NCBI GenBank assembly: GCA_008632985.1 | Contig: QPGO01000053.1 | Coordinates: 62,001-126,000 of the forward strand | Reading direction: 5' to 3' | DNA from: Psammoneis japonica | Taxonomy: Eukaryota | Length of the DNA stretch: 64,000 nt | Shown here: positions 24,492 to 36,624 of the stretch, in pieces | Layout of the letters: the number at the start of each line of letters is the position of its first letter | Position numbering within the stretch: the stretch's first letter is position 1 | Position numbers and translations under genes: made by a program | Notes under the pieces: generated by a model | The model's database searches: none | Told to the model about the DNA's origin: nothing | The model's input: the letters and a program-made list of their open reading frames with translations, nothing else

Positions 24492-25844
24492 ATGACTCAA
24501 ACTTCAGGTCGAAAAATCGATACAGTCACGTTGCACTTCTTAATTGTGGCAGCAGCGTGCTCATGGCCAGCTCTGGTTCATGGGGTATCCATGGCAGAAG
24601 TTGCCCAACATGATTCGCCAGACGACTGTTGGTCCGCAATGTATGGTAAAGTTTTTGATTTGACACGATATGCCCCATCTCATCCTCGACGAGGTGGAGG
24701 TGCGTCAAATGTGTATCGGCTCTGTGGTATTGATGGTACAGATTTGTACGACCGGTATCATGGCAATCATCGAGAATGGTTGCAGAATTTCAGAAGCATT
24801 GTTGAAGTTGGCCCTGTAACAGAAGACGAGCCACCTCAACCACCGCAAACGGATCCACCATCGACAAGTCCACCTACACCTCCTGCCACTGACCCCCCGT
24901 CTACCATCCCACCGACAACTCCGTCTCCTCCAACCACTGATCCACCGGTCGAAGGTTTTGTTACCTTAGATGACTTAGCTATGCACAACACGGATGATGA
25001 TTGTTGGGTGCTGTACTATGATACAGTCTACGACTTGACTGTGTACGCCTGGAGTCATCCCGGTGGAGAAGCAATCATTTTCAAAGACTGCGGCAGCAAC
25101 GGCACTGCTGCTTACGACGCCTATCATCCCAAACGTTATCTGTCTGGAATACGAGACAATGTGGTGGGGGTTCTGGATTCCACTAGTACTGGTCCGCCCA
25201 GCAGAACCGAATCGCCCATTGCTACCGAGGTTCCAACTACTCTTGAGCCAACGCCTCTTCTCACAGAAGAACCGGTGATTGGCTTAGATGAGGCAGCAGA
25301 ACATGCGACACCTGGTGACTGCTGGGTAGCGTTTTATGACCTTGTCTACGATATGACAGAATATGCCGAACTCCATCCCGTCGGACCACAGTCCATCTGG
25401 CCAACATGCGGAACAGATGGTACGAAAGCATACGAGGTGTTCCACGACAAGCCATTGCTTGCGGCTGTTCAACATTACGTTATGGGACCTTATCAGGCAG
25501 AAACCCAGCCGACACCGCCTCCGGGGGAAGCGAACAAAGTCATTACATCGGTAGATCTGAGTTTACACAATGTCACAGACGATTGCTGGATCGTGTACTA
25601 CGGAGATGTTTACGAAATGTCGAATTATATTCATCCTGAGCCATTCGAAGTCCAGAGCTTGATCAAGACATCTTGTGGGTGTGACGGAACGAGAGATTTT
25701 GCAAAGATCCATCCACAGGCTGTCATCAAATCGATCAAAAAGCTCAAGATTGGAAAATATTCGGATTCATCGGCCTGCAAAATAACACTGCTACTCTCTG
25801 TTGTCACTGTCGTTGGAACTACTTTCCTATTGATTGGGACTTAG
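24492..25844 (+). CDS. Secreted, C-terminally anchored protein with four cytochrome b5 heme-binding domains separated by Pro/Thr linkers
   Basis: Four H..DCW...V(F/Y)(D/E)...HP...CG.(D/N)GT...H units, signal peptide ..LHFLIVAAACSWPALVHG and hydrophobic tail ITLLLSVVTVVGTTFLLIGT. The start could be 24435 or 24492. Confidence 0.88.
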   Translation: MTQTSGRKIDTVTLHFLIVAAACSWPALVHGVSMAEVAQHDSPDDCWSAMYGKVFDLTRYAPSHPRRGGGASNVYRLCGIDGTDLYDRYHGNHREWLQNFRSIVEVGPVTEDEPPQPPQTDPPSTSPPTPPATDPPSTIPPTTPSPPTTDPPVEGFVTLDDLAMHNTDDDCWVLYYDTVYDLTVYAWSHPGGEAIIFKDCGSNGTAAYDAYHPKRYLSGIRDNVVGVLDSTSTGPPSRTESPIATEVPTTLEPTPLLTEEPVIGLDEAAEHATPGDCWVAFYDLVYDMTEYAELHPVGPQSIWPTCGTDGTKAYEVFHDKPLLAAVQHYVMGPYQAETQPTPPPGEANKVITSVDLSLHNVTDDCWIVYYGDVYEMSNYIHPEPFEVQSLIKTSCGCDGTRDFAKIHPQAVIKSIKKLKIGKYSDSSACKITLLLSVVTVVGTTFLLIGT

Positions 25845-25944
25845 TTGTTGTATAATGCTTGTATGAATAATACATTTCTAAATGTACCTAATTCATCATT
25901 GTGAATGTGCTACATCATTTAGCGACGACTCATCTGTGCGTGTC

Positions 25945-28311
25945 TCACCATTCGAAGGTCTCATCATCTACAACAAAACACAAGCCGGAGCTTGAAGCTT
26001 CCATACATTTCGCAGTTACAGTCTCAACGAGCCGCTCCGGCCCGCAAACTGAAACACCGACAGATGAGATTCCACCCTTGTCACAGAAGCTCTTCATGCT
26101 ATCAACAATGCCTTCTACATCTGGACGGCAGCCCAAGACAACGTCCAACTCCGTTGATTCTTCCGTCGAAACCAATGAATCTCCCAATGCAGACTCTTGG
26201 GCTTCACCGCCGACATGGACTGTCCGATGTTCTTTCAATCTAGGAAGCACAAAGAGAACAGAAACGCCCAATGCAATAGCGATCAGAGAAGTCGTGAGAA
26301 GTAGAGCCATGCATAGCTGCAGAAGGCTCTGATACTCTAGACGCCATTCCTTGCCGTAGCCAATCACGTTGGCAACGAAGATACCCAGTATATAGCCGCC
26401 TCCAGCAATTGCTGTGAGCGCTAGACTGTGTCCATAGCCCATTAAAAACTGCTTGAAGGGCACTTGCTTGGAATTTGTCAATTCGACTTGATCTAGATTT
26501 GAGTCCCTCTGAGCGACAACCAACTGCTCTCCATCCTCTTCTTTTTCTGAAAGCGTAGCATGGACAATGACCTCCACCTCGCAACCAGAGTGTGTCAATC
26601 CGAGTGACTGGAACTTAGCCAACTCGCTTCGGTAGAGATCGACTACGGACTCCTTCTTGACGCACCAAACCATTACAACCTTTCGAACGTTTGGGTATGC
26701 CTTGCTGTCTTGAATCAGCGTTCGAAGAGCCGACATCATGGGGGTGATACCGATACCTCCAGCAAACATAAGGACAGCATCGTGGTTTAGATATCCCTGC
26801 ATTATTGAGTGAGAGCTGCCATGATATCGATCGAGGTAGGCGGCTGTATGTTCTGGATTCGTAGCTTCGAAACCTGCAGCCAACTTGGCAAGTGCTTTGG
26901 TCCAGTCACCAAGAACCTTGATATCAATGGACATGGTAGAATGGCCGGGCGCCGAGGCGACACTCATGGGATGCCATTCCCACTTGGACACGGCGGGCAC
27001 TCGGATTTGAATCCACTGACCCGGCTGAAACGTGTGGCCTCTCTCCACAGCAATAATCATTCGCACAAAGCCTGGTGCTGACTGTGTGAGATCAACGATT
27101 CTAGCTGGACGTCTAGAACAAACATACCAGAGCACTTTGTCGAGTGCGTATGCGGCCAATCCTTGCCAGAGAAAGAGGCGGAGCTTGAGAAATAATTCAT
27201 AAGGAAGAGGAAATCCATTGGATTTGGAGCAACTGGTCAACGTACCTGGTGCTACGAAGTAGATCATGTCGAAATAGTGCATGTGGATCAAGACGAGGAA
27301 GGGAACAAACAAAAAGTGCGTGTAGTAGAACCACTCGAACTTGTGGCGACGAAACCAGGGTAAAGACGTAATGACAATCGGGGTCAGAATCAAGACAGCA
27401 ACCCAACCATAAGTGTAGATGCGAGAAGTTTCTTCGCCTTTCCAGTTCTCCCATCCACCAGGCTTTTCACAGTTTGATGATGGCCACATGCAGTTTTTGA
27501 ATTGTCCAGCAATGATTAGAGCGACGATAGCTGTAAGTCCATGAAGAAAAACAACCACCACAAGAAACCACGCCAGCCAGCGATGCCACTTGACCACGCG
27601 TTCAAAGTGAAAGTTCATCAAATCCCACCAAAAGCAGCTCTTGGCAATTGGCAAAAGCAAGACCAGCATGGTCAAGGCAGCGGTCTTGCCGAGGGTTTTG
27701 CTCACTTCGTACCAAACGCGTTCGGTCGGCCAGTATTCGACTTCAAAACGTTTTGCTACACGCGTCCAAAAGGCGGCTACTTGTACAAAGACAAACAGAG
27801 ACGCAATCAGTCCCTCCAAGATGGTAGCGTTGAGAATGATGTGTCTCCGGACAAAAGGAATGAATAGTCGAATGTGTCGAACTAGCCAAGGACTCGGACG
27901 AGGAAGGCGAGAGCCCCACCAAAGGAACGACAACGAGATCGTTCCAGCAATACAGTAGAAGACGCCCATGTAGGTGAAGACTCGGGACCCTTCTTTATTT
28001 GGAAAGTACTTGGACTCAAACGCCGGGTATATTTTCTCTCGTGCTACATCTGTGTGCGTCGACATCATTGAAAAGAGGCAAACCCACGCGATACAGGAGG
28101 ATGTCAGTATCGCTAACAACCAATTGGAAGCTGTGTTGAGTTTTGTTTGCGTTTTCATAGCGGGAGAGGAAGTAACTCCACTGATTTTTGGGTTGTTGTC
28201 TGACGGAGCAGAGAGAGTTGAGGTATTGACCTCTGTAAATTCATCAGGCTGGGTGGATGGTAACGAGATCTGGGCTGATTCTGTCATGTTAGGTTTTTCT
28301 CTGTTTGTCAT
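25945..28311 (-). CDS. Ferric reductase / NOX-family transmembrane flavocytochrome (FRE-like); probable in-frame 84-nt intron 27245-27162
   Basis: Heme His pairs WHRWLA..FLHG and YTHFLF..IHMH, FAD motif FQPGQW..WHPMSVAS, NADPH motif AGGIGITP, and C-terminal VCGP...ETFEW. The insert runs GTACGT...AAG. Confidence 0.9.
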   Translation of the reverse strand: MTNREKPNMTESAQISLPSTQPDEFTEVNTSTLSAPSDNNPKISGVTSSPAMKTQTKLNTASNWLLAILTSSCIAWVCLFSMMSTHTDVAREKIYPAFESKYFPNKEGSRVFTYMGVFYCIAGTISLSFLWWGSRLPRPSPWLVRHIRLFIPFVRRHIILNATILEGLIASLFVFVQVAAFWTRVAKRFEVEYWPTERVWYEVSKTLGKTAALTMLVLLLPIAKSCFWWDLMNFHFERVVKWHRWLAWFLVVVVFLHGLTAIVALIIAGQFKNCMWPSSNCEKPGGWENWKGEETSRIYTYGWVAVLILTPIVITSLPWFRRHKFEWFYYTHFLFVPFLVLIHMHYFDMIYFVAPGTLTSCSKSNGFPLPYELFLKLRLFLWQGLAAYALDKVLWYVCSRRPARIVDLTQSAPGFVRMIIAVERGHTFQPGQWIQIRVPAVSKWEWHPMSVASAPGHSTMSIDIKVLGDWTKALAKLAAGFEATNPEHTAAYLDRYHGSSHSIMQGYLNHDAVLMFAGGIGITPMMSALRTLIQDSKAYPNVRKVVMVWCVKKESVVDLYRSELAKFQSLGLTHSGCEVEVIVHATLSEKEEDGEQLVVAQRDSNLDQVELTNSKQVPFKQFLMGYGHSLALTAIAGGGYILGIFVANVIGYGKEWRLEYQSLLQLCMALLLTTSLIAIALGVSVLFVLPRLKEHRTVHVGGEAQESALGDSLVSTEESTELDVVLGCRPDVEGIVDSMKSFCDKGGISSVGVSVCGPERLVETVTAKCMEASSSGLCFVVDDETFEW

Positions 28312-28777
28312 GAGTCTTCATTTTTTGAAGTTTCTATCGACTTCATCCTCGTGTCACATGCTTCTGGAGTTCGCATCAGAAATTGATGTGACCTAACCAA
28401 AAAGGCCTGTTCGGAAAAACTCTAACCAAGACCAACATCATCTCATTCCAATAAATGCGAACCCCCCGCCAACCACACCCGAACCCCACCAACCCAACAA
28501 CTTGCAAAACAGCTCATCAGTGCAGTGTGATGAGTGGACCTCGTGCTATCATTTATTTTCAGCGAATTCGAGCTATTCGTACGTTTAAAATTGGAATTCA
28601 GAAATTCCCTCCGACATGTAGACTCAACATGGTATCCGATGCGATATCCGACATCCGATTCACAGACCGTCATCGTGACACCGGTATACGGTACCTGTTC
28701 GCTACAGTAGCTAGCTTTCATCTTTCACAGCCTCGCATACATCCGACTCTGTTTCTTGGTGTGATGCTGATGGCGTG

Positions 28778-29587
28778 ATGTGTTGGTCTTTTGAGGTCTC
28801 TGTGGCGTTTGCTGTGCTTGAAGCCGCTCAAATCGGATTGATCTGGTGGCGCTCTCGACGTCACGAAACTTCTACTTGTGTTCATCAACAGTGGCGTATC
28901 TTGCCAGCATTGGTGTCAACGTGTGCAATGGAACTTGTGGAAGCAGCTCTGTGGTCTCGACCGGACCAGCTCGTGTCTGTGATGGAGTCCACTTCCCACG
29001 CGTGCGCAGCTCGCAATCAACGCTTGACCGTCTTCTTGTGGCTGTTTGTACTGCCGTGGCAACCCTTTTGGGTGCTTTACCCCTGTCGTCGAGTAGGAAG
29101 TCCCCGCAACCGTGATTTATTGAAGGTTCCAGAAATTATGGCACTGGTGTATGCTGTTTCACACTGTGCACTGTATCTGTACACTTGGCTTGTGGCAGAG
29201 GCTCCCGTTTTGCGTTCCTTGGAAGCCTCCCATTATCAGAGCAATCTTCATACAGAAACATGCACATTTGTGGGAACACATGGACACTTGTTTTGGGCCT
29301 TTGGAACGACGGATACCATGCTGACCCCCAACATCTTTACCTACTTGCTTGTTTGGTTGACAGTTGTAGTAGCTCGGCCGTTGCGATTCGCGGCTGGACC
29401 CTTGTTTCTCGGTCCTTTTGGGTTCTTTTCGTTTCTCTGGTTGTATGGAGGGAGTTTTGAAGCGGGTAGTGTTTGGTGTTGGTCTGTCTCATCCTTTAAC
29501 ACTTATGTCCTCCTACAACCCTACATCTATCCGTGCACATCTACTACTGTGCAAGGGAATAATGGCGACAAGACCAAGATCGAATGA
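28778..29587 (+). CDS. Multi-pass membrane protein of the MCWS...GSxWCW type (DUF5765-like)
   Basis: Starts MCWSFEVS; contains MELVEAALW, CTFVGTHGHLFWAF and EAGSVWCW, with several hydrophobic helices. Confidence 0.65.
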   Translation: MCWSFEVSVAFAVLEAAQIGLIWWRSRRHETSTCVHQQWRILPALVSTCAMELVEAALWSRPDQLVSVMESTSHACAARNQRLTVFLWLFVLPWQPFWVLYPCRRVGSPRNRDLLKVPEIMALVYAVSHCALYLYTWLVAEAPVLRSLEASHYQSNLHTETCTFVGTHGHLFWAFGTTDTMLTPNIFTYLLVWLTVVVARPLRFAAGPLFLGPFGFFSFLWLYGGSFEAGSVWCWSVSSFNTYVLLQPYIYPCTSTTVQGNNGDKTKIE

Positions 29588-30170
29588 GCGAGCGAGGTAC
29601 GTTTTACCTTTCACATCAGCTTTGAGTATAAGCGAAAGTTTTCTGCCAAGACGTCAACAACGACATCAATTCTTTATGGCTTTGGCGTGTGTGAAGGATG
29701 TCCTCTCTCTAGAGAGAGTCGTCTTTGAGAATTGTGTTGTCAACCATAATGAAGCAAGGTTTGAATGCGCGTCGGTAATACTCCTATTGTGTCTGCCGGT
29801 TACGATTACCTCTCTAGAGATTTTCTGTGATAATCATAAGAACTTGACGATCGGGCGTACTGATAGATTGTCCCTTTGTGACGACGTAGATACCCAGTTA
29901 CGCGTGAAGCGGAACTGATGTGGGTAGCAGTCAAGTTCAACAATTTTCGGGTCCGAACATTGAGCACTGGAACAGCATCTCGATTTGTCATCTTTTTTCC
30001 TTGTGCCTGCGCACTGGCAAACAGTTCTTACATGTATGGAACACTCAGATGGATGCCAGCGGCCTTGAATACACGAACATGCGAGAACGCTCATTAGGAA
30101 AGATTTTATGAGTGACTCATCATCCAAGTGTGTCCGTAATCCAGTTGGTGTAACTTGCGTAGGTCGTCGG

Positions 30171-31765
30171 CTATGTCATTTCAATATCTACCGTTTGGCT
30201 GACCTGAGCGTAAGGTGTGCCTGACGATTGCTTTGTCCTTTTGCGATAGATGAAACGCGCGACTCCAAAAAGTAGTGCCGCAAGAGAGAGACCAATAACT
30301 ATGCCCACCATCAGTGCCTCAACGGGGTATTTGACGTTGTCGCCAGTGCTCTCTTGCTTTTGCTTCTTGTCGTGGGGCTCTGCGTGATGCGCCGGGCCGA
30401 AGAAGTCGGCATGGTAGCAGGAAAGCGCATCAGAGTAGTTTCTATCAAGGATGGAAACTACCCTCTCTTGCAGTAAATGAATGATCGAAGTGTCGCTTTG
30501 TGATGACAAGATAGTTTTACCCGTCGTCGGATCGAGAACCGATTCTATTCCATTGTCAATCTCTTTTATCGAACGTACGGCCACTGGGACGGATTTCAAT
30601 ATACAAGTCGTACTTGGGTTCATTGAATCATTTTCCTCGCCATGGGAAGTATGGGGAAAAGGTAGTCCACGCCGATTGTATTGTCATGATTATCGTACGC
30701 CAGATGGATTGCTGAGCCCGGTGGGGTCGGGCAAGCCCCTTCAGTTATTCGATAAGGTGAAGGCAACTGCCAATCCAGGTCCAACAAGGTCGCAAGGCTA
30801 TTCAGATTATCGTTGTGCCCAATGAAGAGCACTATCCGAATCTCATCTTTATGGACTTCGTCATTGGTGGAGTGGTATCGTCCCTCATCTAGCGCTTCAA
30901 GAATCGCTTTTGTTAGAGGCACGCCAGAAGCCGCCATCTTGCTATTGCGAAGATAGCGAATACTTCGTATCCAATACACCCATTCCAAGAGAGCATAGAC
31001 TTGCGAAACGGTAGCATTTGGGAGAAAGTCTGGTGTGATCTCAGAAGCTCTTGAATAGAAAAGATCTTGTGCTACATACTTGATGATGTTCACAGCCCCT
31101 AAAAGACAAGGATTATCATCAACAACTGAATGAAGGGTTGTAGGGTTTGAAGGGGAAATAGACTTGATCGGGATGTTGCCCACTCCCCCGAGGGATTGTA
31201 TCTGGTCTAGGGTTTCTGAAAAATTGGGGTTTTGTGGCGGAGGAAACTCATTCAAGCGACGTTGCACTTGTTGCCGGATCAACTTGATGTCCAATGTTTC
31301 GCTGTTGCACATCTTCTTGCCATCAACTTTCTCGAGAGGTCGAAACATTTGTGGGTCATAAGACTGATAACTATCCAATCCGTAAAGCCTGATATTCTCC
31401 ATCTTTGTGTCGGCCATGCCCTGCGCAAGAGCAAAAGCCGTATCCGCGTTTCGTGAAAGTGCGTCCGATACGATTTCGACTCGGACATCAACATGCTTCT
31501 TGAGGTCTTTGTTGTTTCGAGCCATTTCAGTTTTGTACTCCTCAACAGTTTTGTTCAATAGCCATTCCCCTGTTTCTCGCATTATCTCCAGTCCACGAGG
31601 GGTGCACCACTTTTCAGCTACGCCCCAGTTAGGAAGCGGCGCATCAATGAAATCTGACATGTCAACTTCCGTTTCTTTCGGAGTCTCGAATACATGTTTC
31701 ACTTCAGATGCTGTCGATCGAACGCAGTGGCGGAATAGAAACACGTGATGCTGCCGATGCTTCAT
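30171..31765 (-). pseudogene. Histidine acid phosphatase/phytase-like gene with C-terminal TM; frameshifted near 30650 and lacking a signal peptide
   Basis: RHCVRS (RHGxR-like), GHND at the HD position and TPPGSAI. The frame continues in a second ORF (30623-30171) ending in a TM helix. The 5' end abuts block C. Confidence 0.6.
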
Positions 31766-31789
31766 TAATATGGTGTGTGTATGGTGAAG

Positions 31790-34670
31790 TTTGTAGCATG
31801 CGGCGGCCTCATCATCTTGTGCGCCACGTTGCGTGTTGCGTCTTGCGTCTGCGTGCTTGCTGTTTGCGTGGCGGCAGACTGTTCATACCCCGTGCGTGTG
31901 GTCTGACAATGCCACAGCTTGGCAAGAGCTTGGGCACATGTGGTGCTTTTCTGGTTGACCAACTGGGACCCCCAGAGGAGCTGAGAGGAAAATGTTGCTT
32001 GCACATTTTTGTTTTTGCTGCTCTTTTTCACCACAAAATATTTCCTCAAAACCTGATGCTGCTTTGGACCTTCTGGTGCCAACACTCAAAAGCCCAGCGA
32101 TGAAAGGCCGAGTCATTTCTGGGTGGGAGGTGGATTGCAAGTGCTGCCAAAACAGAAAGTGATGGTTTCTGATGCCAGAACGGAGAGCTTGCAGACCATG
32201 AATGAGTTGCCACATGTGCACAAAGAGTGCACTCTTTGTGGTCGTGTCAGCATGCCACCAGTGCCGGCTGTGCAGTTTTTGCAAACTCAGCCAATCCCTC
32301 TGGAGAGGGCTCAAATTTGTTTCACCTGGCAAAATGCTTGAGTTTGCATCACAGGAAATTTGGTCAGGGCTGCAGGGCCAAACACTGCAGACATCTCCCC
32401 CCCCACACACACACACACCAGCCACACAGTGCATCACCCCCACAAACTGAGGTTGCTGAGATTGTCGCGCCACACCAGCCACAACAGCCCAAACCGACTG
32501 CCCTGCTGCTTGACACAACAGGCAGGTTGAAGGCAAGTCTGACTGAATTGAGCAGGTTGAATGTGAAGCAGGTTGGCCATGTTGACACACTGCTGTGACT
32601 CCACCCAGCTGTCAAACCAACAAATCTCCAACTTCCATCATCACATGCATTGCATCAAGGTTGAGAGCAGCTGCATGACAGCAGGATGCAGCACCACTCT
32701 CAAGCCACCATCACAAATTGAGAGCCAGAAAAATTGCAAATGTCAAGATGTGGGAAGCAGTGCTGTGGAGCACATCATCATCACCATGTTGCCTTGAAAG
32801 TGGCCAGCGACACATGCCTGTTGTGGAGCAGCACTGCCAGCACCAGGCTCACAGCTGCATTTGAACATTTTGGGAAAGACTGTTGCAACTGCCACAGAAA
32901 GCAAGATGAAGCACACATGAGACACAAGGCATGGGAGTGGAGTGCAAAAAACACATTTAACCCACACCTGTGTCACCTGGAAAGGCCTGTCATTGGCTGC
33001 AAGTGGAGCAGTTTTTGATTTTTCAGGCAAGCAGAATGATGGGAAAATTGTGTTGTTGACAGCCCAAAAGGTTGTTGCTCCACTGAGGCCGGGTGCATGT
33101 GGACATTGCACTGGCAAGAACAAAGTGTGCCAAACCTTTGGGTGTGGTGGTGGCTCACACACACAGACAGAAAAGTCAGCATCAAAGCAAAGGTGCAAAA
33201 TCAAAAGTGCTTTTCAAGCTTGCTGACAGCAGCAACAAACCTCACAGTGGAGAAGCTGGGTGTGCACCAATCTTCAGCCTTTTAGATTTGAAGCACACGG
33301 CCCTTTTGCCTGCTGGCTGAGAAAAGATTGTCGACAGATCATTGACTGTGTGCAATCAAATGCAGTCTTTTCACACTGTGTTTTTTTTCTGTTTTTCCTT
33401 TCTTGCAATGACTGCAGCACTGCCACCACATGATGAGATGACAGTGCAACAAGGCACACACATTTCCATGCTGTTGAGTGAAATGACACATGCCAGCAAC
33501 AGCCAAAAAAGCAGTGCTTTGGAGTTTGTTTGGTCTTGGGCAAAATTGAGTGAAGCGGCAACTGACCTGCTTTGTTCCAAAAGGAGCAGAGGCTGCTGAC
33601 AAGAGAGATGACAAATGCTGATGCTGTGCTGAACAACCTCTGTTGGCAGAAAAAAAAATGGCAGAAAGAGAAAGCAAAAGACACTGTCACCAGTCTTGCC
33701 ATGAGTTGACCCAACCTTTGAGAAAACTGCAACAATTGTGAGAGTGTGGCACTCCAGTTTGCCCAGCTGTTTGACAGCTTCTAGCTGCTGCCTGAGTTTC
33801 AAATTTCTGCTGGGGTGGGAGGGGGGGCGCTTGCTCTGCTGGTTGATGCAGCACTCAAGACATGCCAACAGCCGTTGGTGCCTTCCATCAACACACAGGC
33901 TGCATCATGAAGCAGCTTCCATTTTGTTTTGAAAGACTCTTGTGCAGCATGTTCTGCAAGGGTCAATGCAAAAAGCACCACACACACAAGCCACACAGCT
34001 GGCTTCAAGCAAGCACCACAAATGCGCTGTTGGGATTTGCCCTTGTTGTTGTTTGCAGTCAATGATGACTTTGCCATTTGCAATCCAGAGAGCTCCAAAA
34101 TCAGCTGTCCACTGCAAACATGAGCCAAAGCAAAAGCTTGGGAGTGACGGCAATTGCAGCAGCAGCATTTCTGACGAGCAAGCTGAGATCATTTGACTGT
34201 CCCCAGTTGGATCTTTGCTGAGCAGTCGTGCATCTGAAAAGCAATGCAACAATCACAAGTGTTGATCTTCCAACACAAAACATTGTTCCTTTTCCAATCC
34301 TGGAAATTTGCGAGCATGCATTGAGGCCCCTCTGTTTCCAGCAAGACAAACCAAATGTGAGCATTTCTTCTTGCAGCGCATTGGAAAAAAGCCAACAGCT
34401 GTTGAAGAAGTGTGCCAATGACAGTGTGCAGACCCCACCCGACCAAACTTTGCAACTGCTCTGTCTTGTGCATAAAATTTGCGGGAGATGCCCTCACTTG
34501 TGCTGATGAAACACATGAGTTTTGCCTGGTCCCATGATGGGAAGCAGTCGGCATCACACACGGATGATGCACGCAGCATCACACATGGACACATGAAAAT
34601 TGTTTCCGTTGACAGCACAAGCAGGAGACACGGCCTGCCAGCAACATGCGGTAGAAAAATGTAAACATCC
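31790..34670. mobile_element. TpA-depleted block C; unclassified degenerate insertion
   Basis: TA nearly absent; CG kept only at the margins; no recognisable intact ORF. Confidence 0.5.
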
Positions 34671-34974
34671 ATGCATTTTGATATACATAAAATTCAAATT
34701 TCAATTAACATTTATGTACACTAAGGTTATAATAATATAACTGACTATGTAGAAGTTTTCGCACGAATGAGTCGTGATACACAAAGCACATCACTATTAC
34801 GTTTATGTATGAATTATGCGTTTACAGGACGCTAGAGAGTGTACTATATGAACAATTAGGTATTATGATATTTTGGTCGTTCGGTACGTTACAAAAATGT
34901 TTTAAAACATCTAGATTTGAAAATTGGTGGATGCGTGGCCAAAACTTGAAACTACATAAGAAGAAACTGGGGGC

Positions 34975-35180
34975 GGGGGAAGACTCCAGCCAGCTGCTGG
35001 CTGAAAAAAGTCTGCTCGTCAGTGCGTTTGGGGGTTTTGCCAGTACAATTTTTATGTACGCAAAAGATGTCGAGTCTGTCCAGCGCTCGCCAAAACCCCC
35101 TAACGCACTGACTGACAGACTTTATCAGTACAAATTCTACACAAGATTCTTCAGCCAGCAGCTGGCTGGAGACTTCCCCC
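34975..35180. repeat. Imperfect ~206-bp foldback (MITE-like inverted repeat)
   Basis: 34975-35005 gggggaagactccagccagctgctggctgaa pairs with 35150-35180 (1 mismatch). 35018-35039 pairs with 35091-35112 (1 mismatch). Confidence 0.8.
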
Positions 35181-35293
35181 AAAACGTTGTGCACAAAGCA
35201 CCTCATTCTGGACGGTCCGGTCCGGTATCAGTAGTTTATACCTACTACTAGAGAAGATACATGTTTCCTCATTTCTCTGTATAGCTCTTCATT

Positions 35294-36624
35294 ATGTCAA
35301 AGTTGTACCAGGATCCCTTTGGCCCACCGTGGCGATTGAACTGGCTTCGCATGATTCTTACGTGGGAAGCGAGCATCTTTCAGTTTTTCTGGGTCGAGTG
35401 GTTCCTCGCTCTCGTTGTCTGTACTATAGTTATTTTGACTATTTACTATGCTCGAGAAGACGCCAACCAAGATGAATTAGACACAGATTTTCTGGCGCTT
35501 GTGGATACGGTCAATTTTATCAACACACGCTTTCAAGCTGCTATTGGTTTGATGCTTGGTTTTTACACTTCCACTATTTACGGGCGCTGGTGGAGCGTTC
35601 GCTCTACAGAAGGAAGCTGTATGGGCGGAGTCTACACCCTCTCTGTGAAGGTTGCAACGTTGATTCGAGATAGTGGTACATCGCAGCAGGTCCTTGGTCA
35701 AAACGGAGTAGATGGAGACGATTCCACAACTGAGTATAGTTCCGATGCCGAAGAGATCGTACCCGCAGTGCAAGATGTACGCATGCAGCTCGTTCGTTGG
35801 CTTAACTTGGCACATGCTATACGCGTGGGAGAAGTGTTTGAGAAGGTGCCAAACGAGTTCTCTTCGTTGGAAACGCTGATGGACTGCGGACTCTGCACAA
35901 AATCAGAGTATGAGTATCTGAATGAAACGAGCCGCTCGCGCTTTGTTGTTCCTCTATTGTGGTTCCAAGATCTTTTGATGCAGCTCACCGAGAAGGAGCT
36001 TTTCGGTTGCAACGAGTCGAGGATCAGACTTTTTATTGAGCCAATCTGCGCAATGCGTGGATCGTTGGGCGGACTCGGAACTCCAAAAAGTGTGCCGGTA
36101 CCTCTCTCTTATCGCCAGTTGGTGAATGTGACGGTGCGCTCTTACATGGCCATTTCCCTCATCGCTTCAGCCCTCATAGATATCCGCAAAGAAGAGAATT
36201 TAGGAGGGTTGACTAAAGGAGGTGCGTTTCCTCATGGCGAGATCCCCTCCAGTGCTGTTTGTGTGTCACGCCGACTAAAATACGCTCTTCCCTTGATACA
36301 GCGTTTTGGTCAATTCTCTCCTTTGCCTTCGAGTATTTTTTGTTTGTTGGATGGTTGACAAGCGCGGATGCCTTGGCCAATCCCTACAGGTACTGGGCGG
36401 ACGCATTCGAATGGGAGTCTTATGTCAGTTCGACTCTTCTAAACACGATGGACATATCAACTGGGTATAGAAATGGTTCCAGTTCCCTCTCCGTGGTTAA
36501 CGCAAGCTGCAAAGCTGTGCGCACGAAAATGATGAAACGATCTTACTCATCGCTGGATACTGCGCTGAAGCATAAGAAGCATACAAGAAAATCTATAATT
36601 GTTGGCCATTATGCTAATGAGTGA
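35294..36624 (+). CDS. Bestrophin (RFP-TM type) anion channel-like protein; exons 35294-36221 and 36302-36624
   Basis: Motifs MLGFYTSTIYGRWW, VPVPLSYRQLV and FVGWLTSADALANPY. The phase-1 GT-AG intron restores the frame. Confidence 0.85.

Noticed and set aside
27162..27245. Novel 28-aa insertion in the ferric reductase (and a 35-aa insertion at 40360-40464)
   Set aside because: Both have GT...AG ends and typical intron length, so they are best read as stop-free in-frame introns.
22864..36624. PyShell-like gene plus bestrophin as a CO2-concentrating-mechanism cluster
   Set aside because: They are 11.5 kb apart with unrelated genes between. The bestrophin lacks a bipartite plastid presequence and has RFP-TM-type motifs rather than those of thylakoid bestrophin-like proteins.
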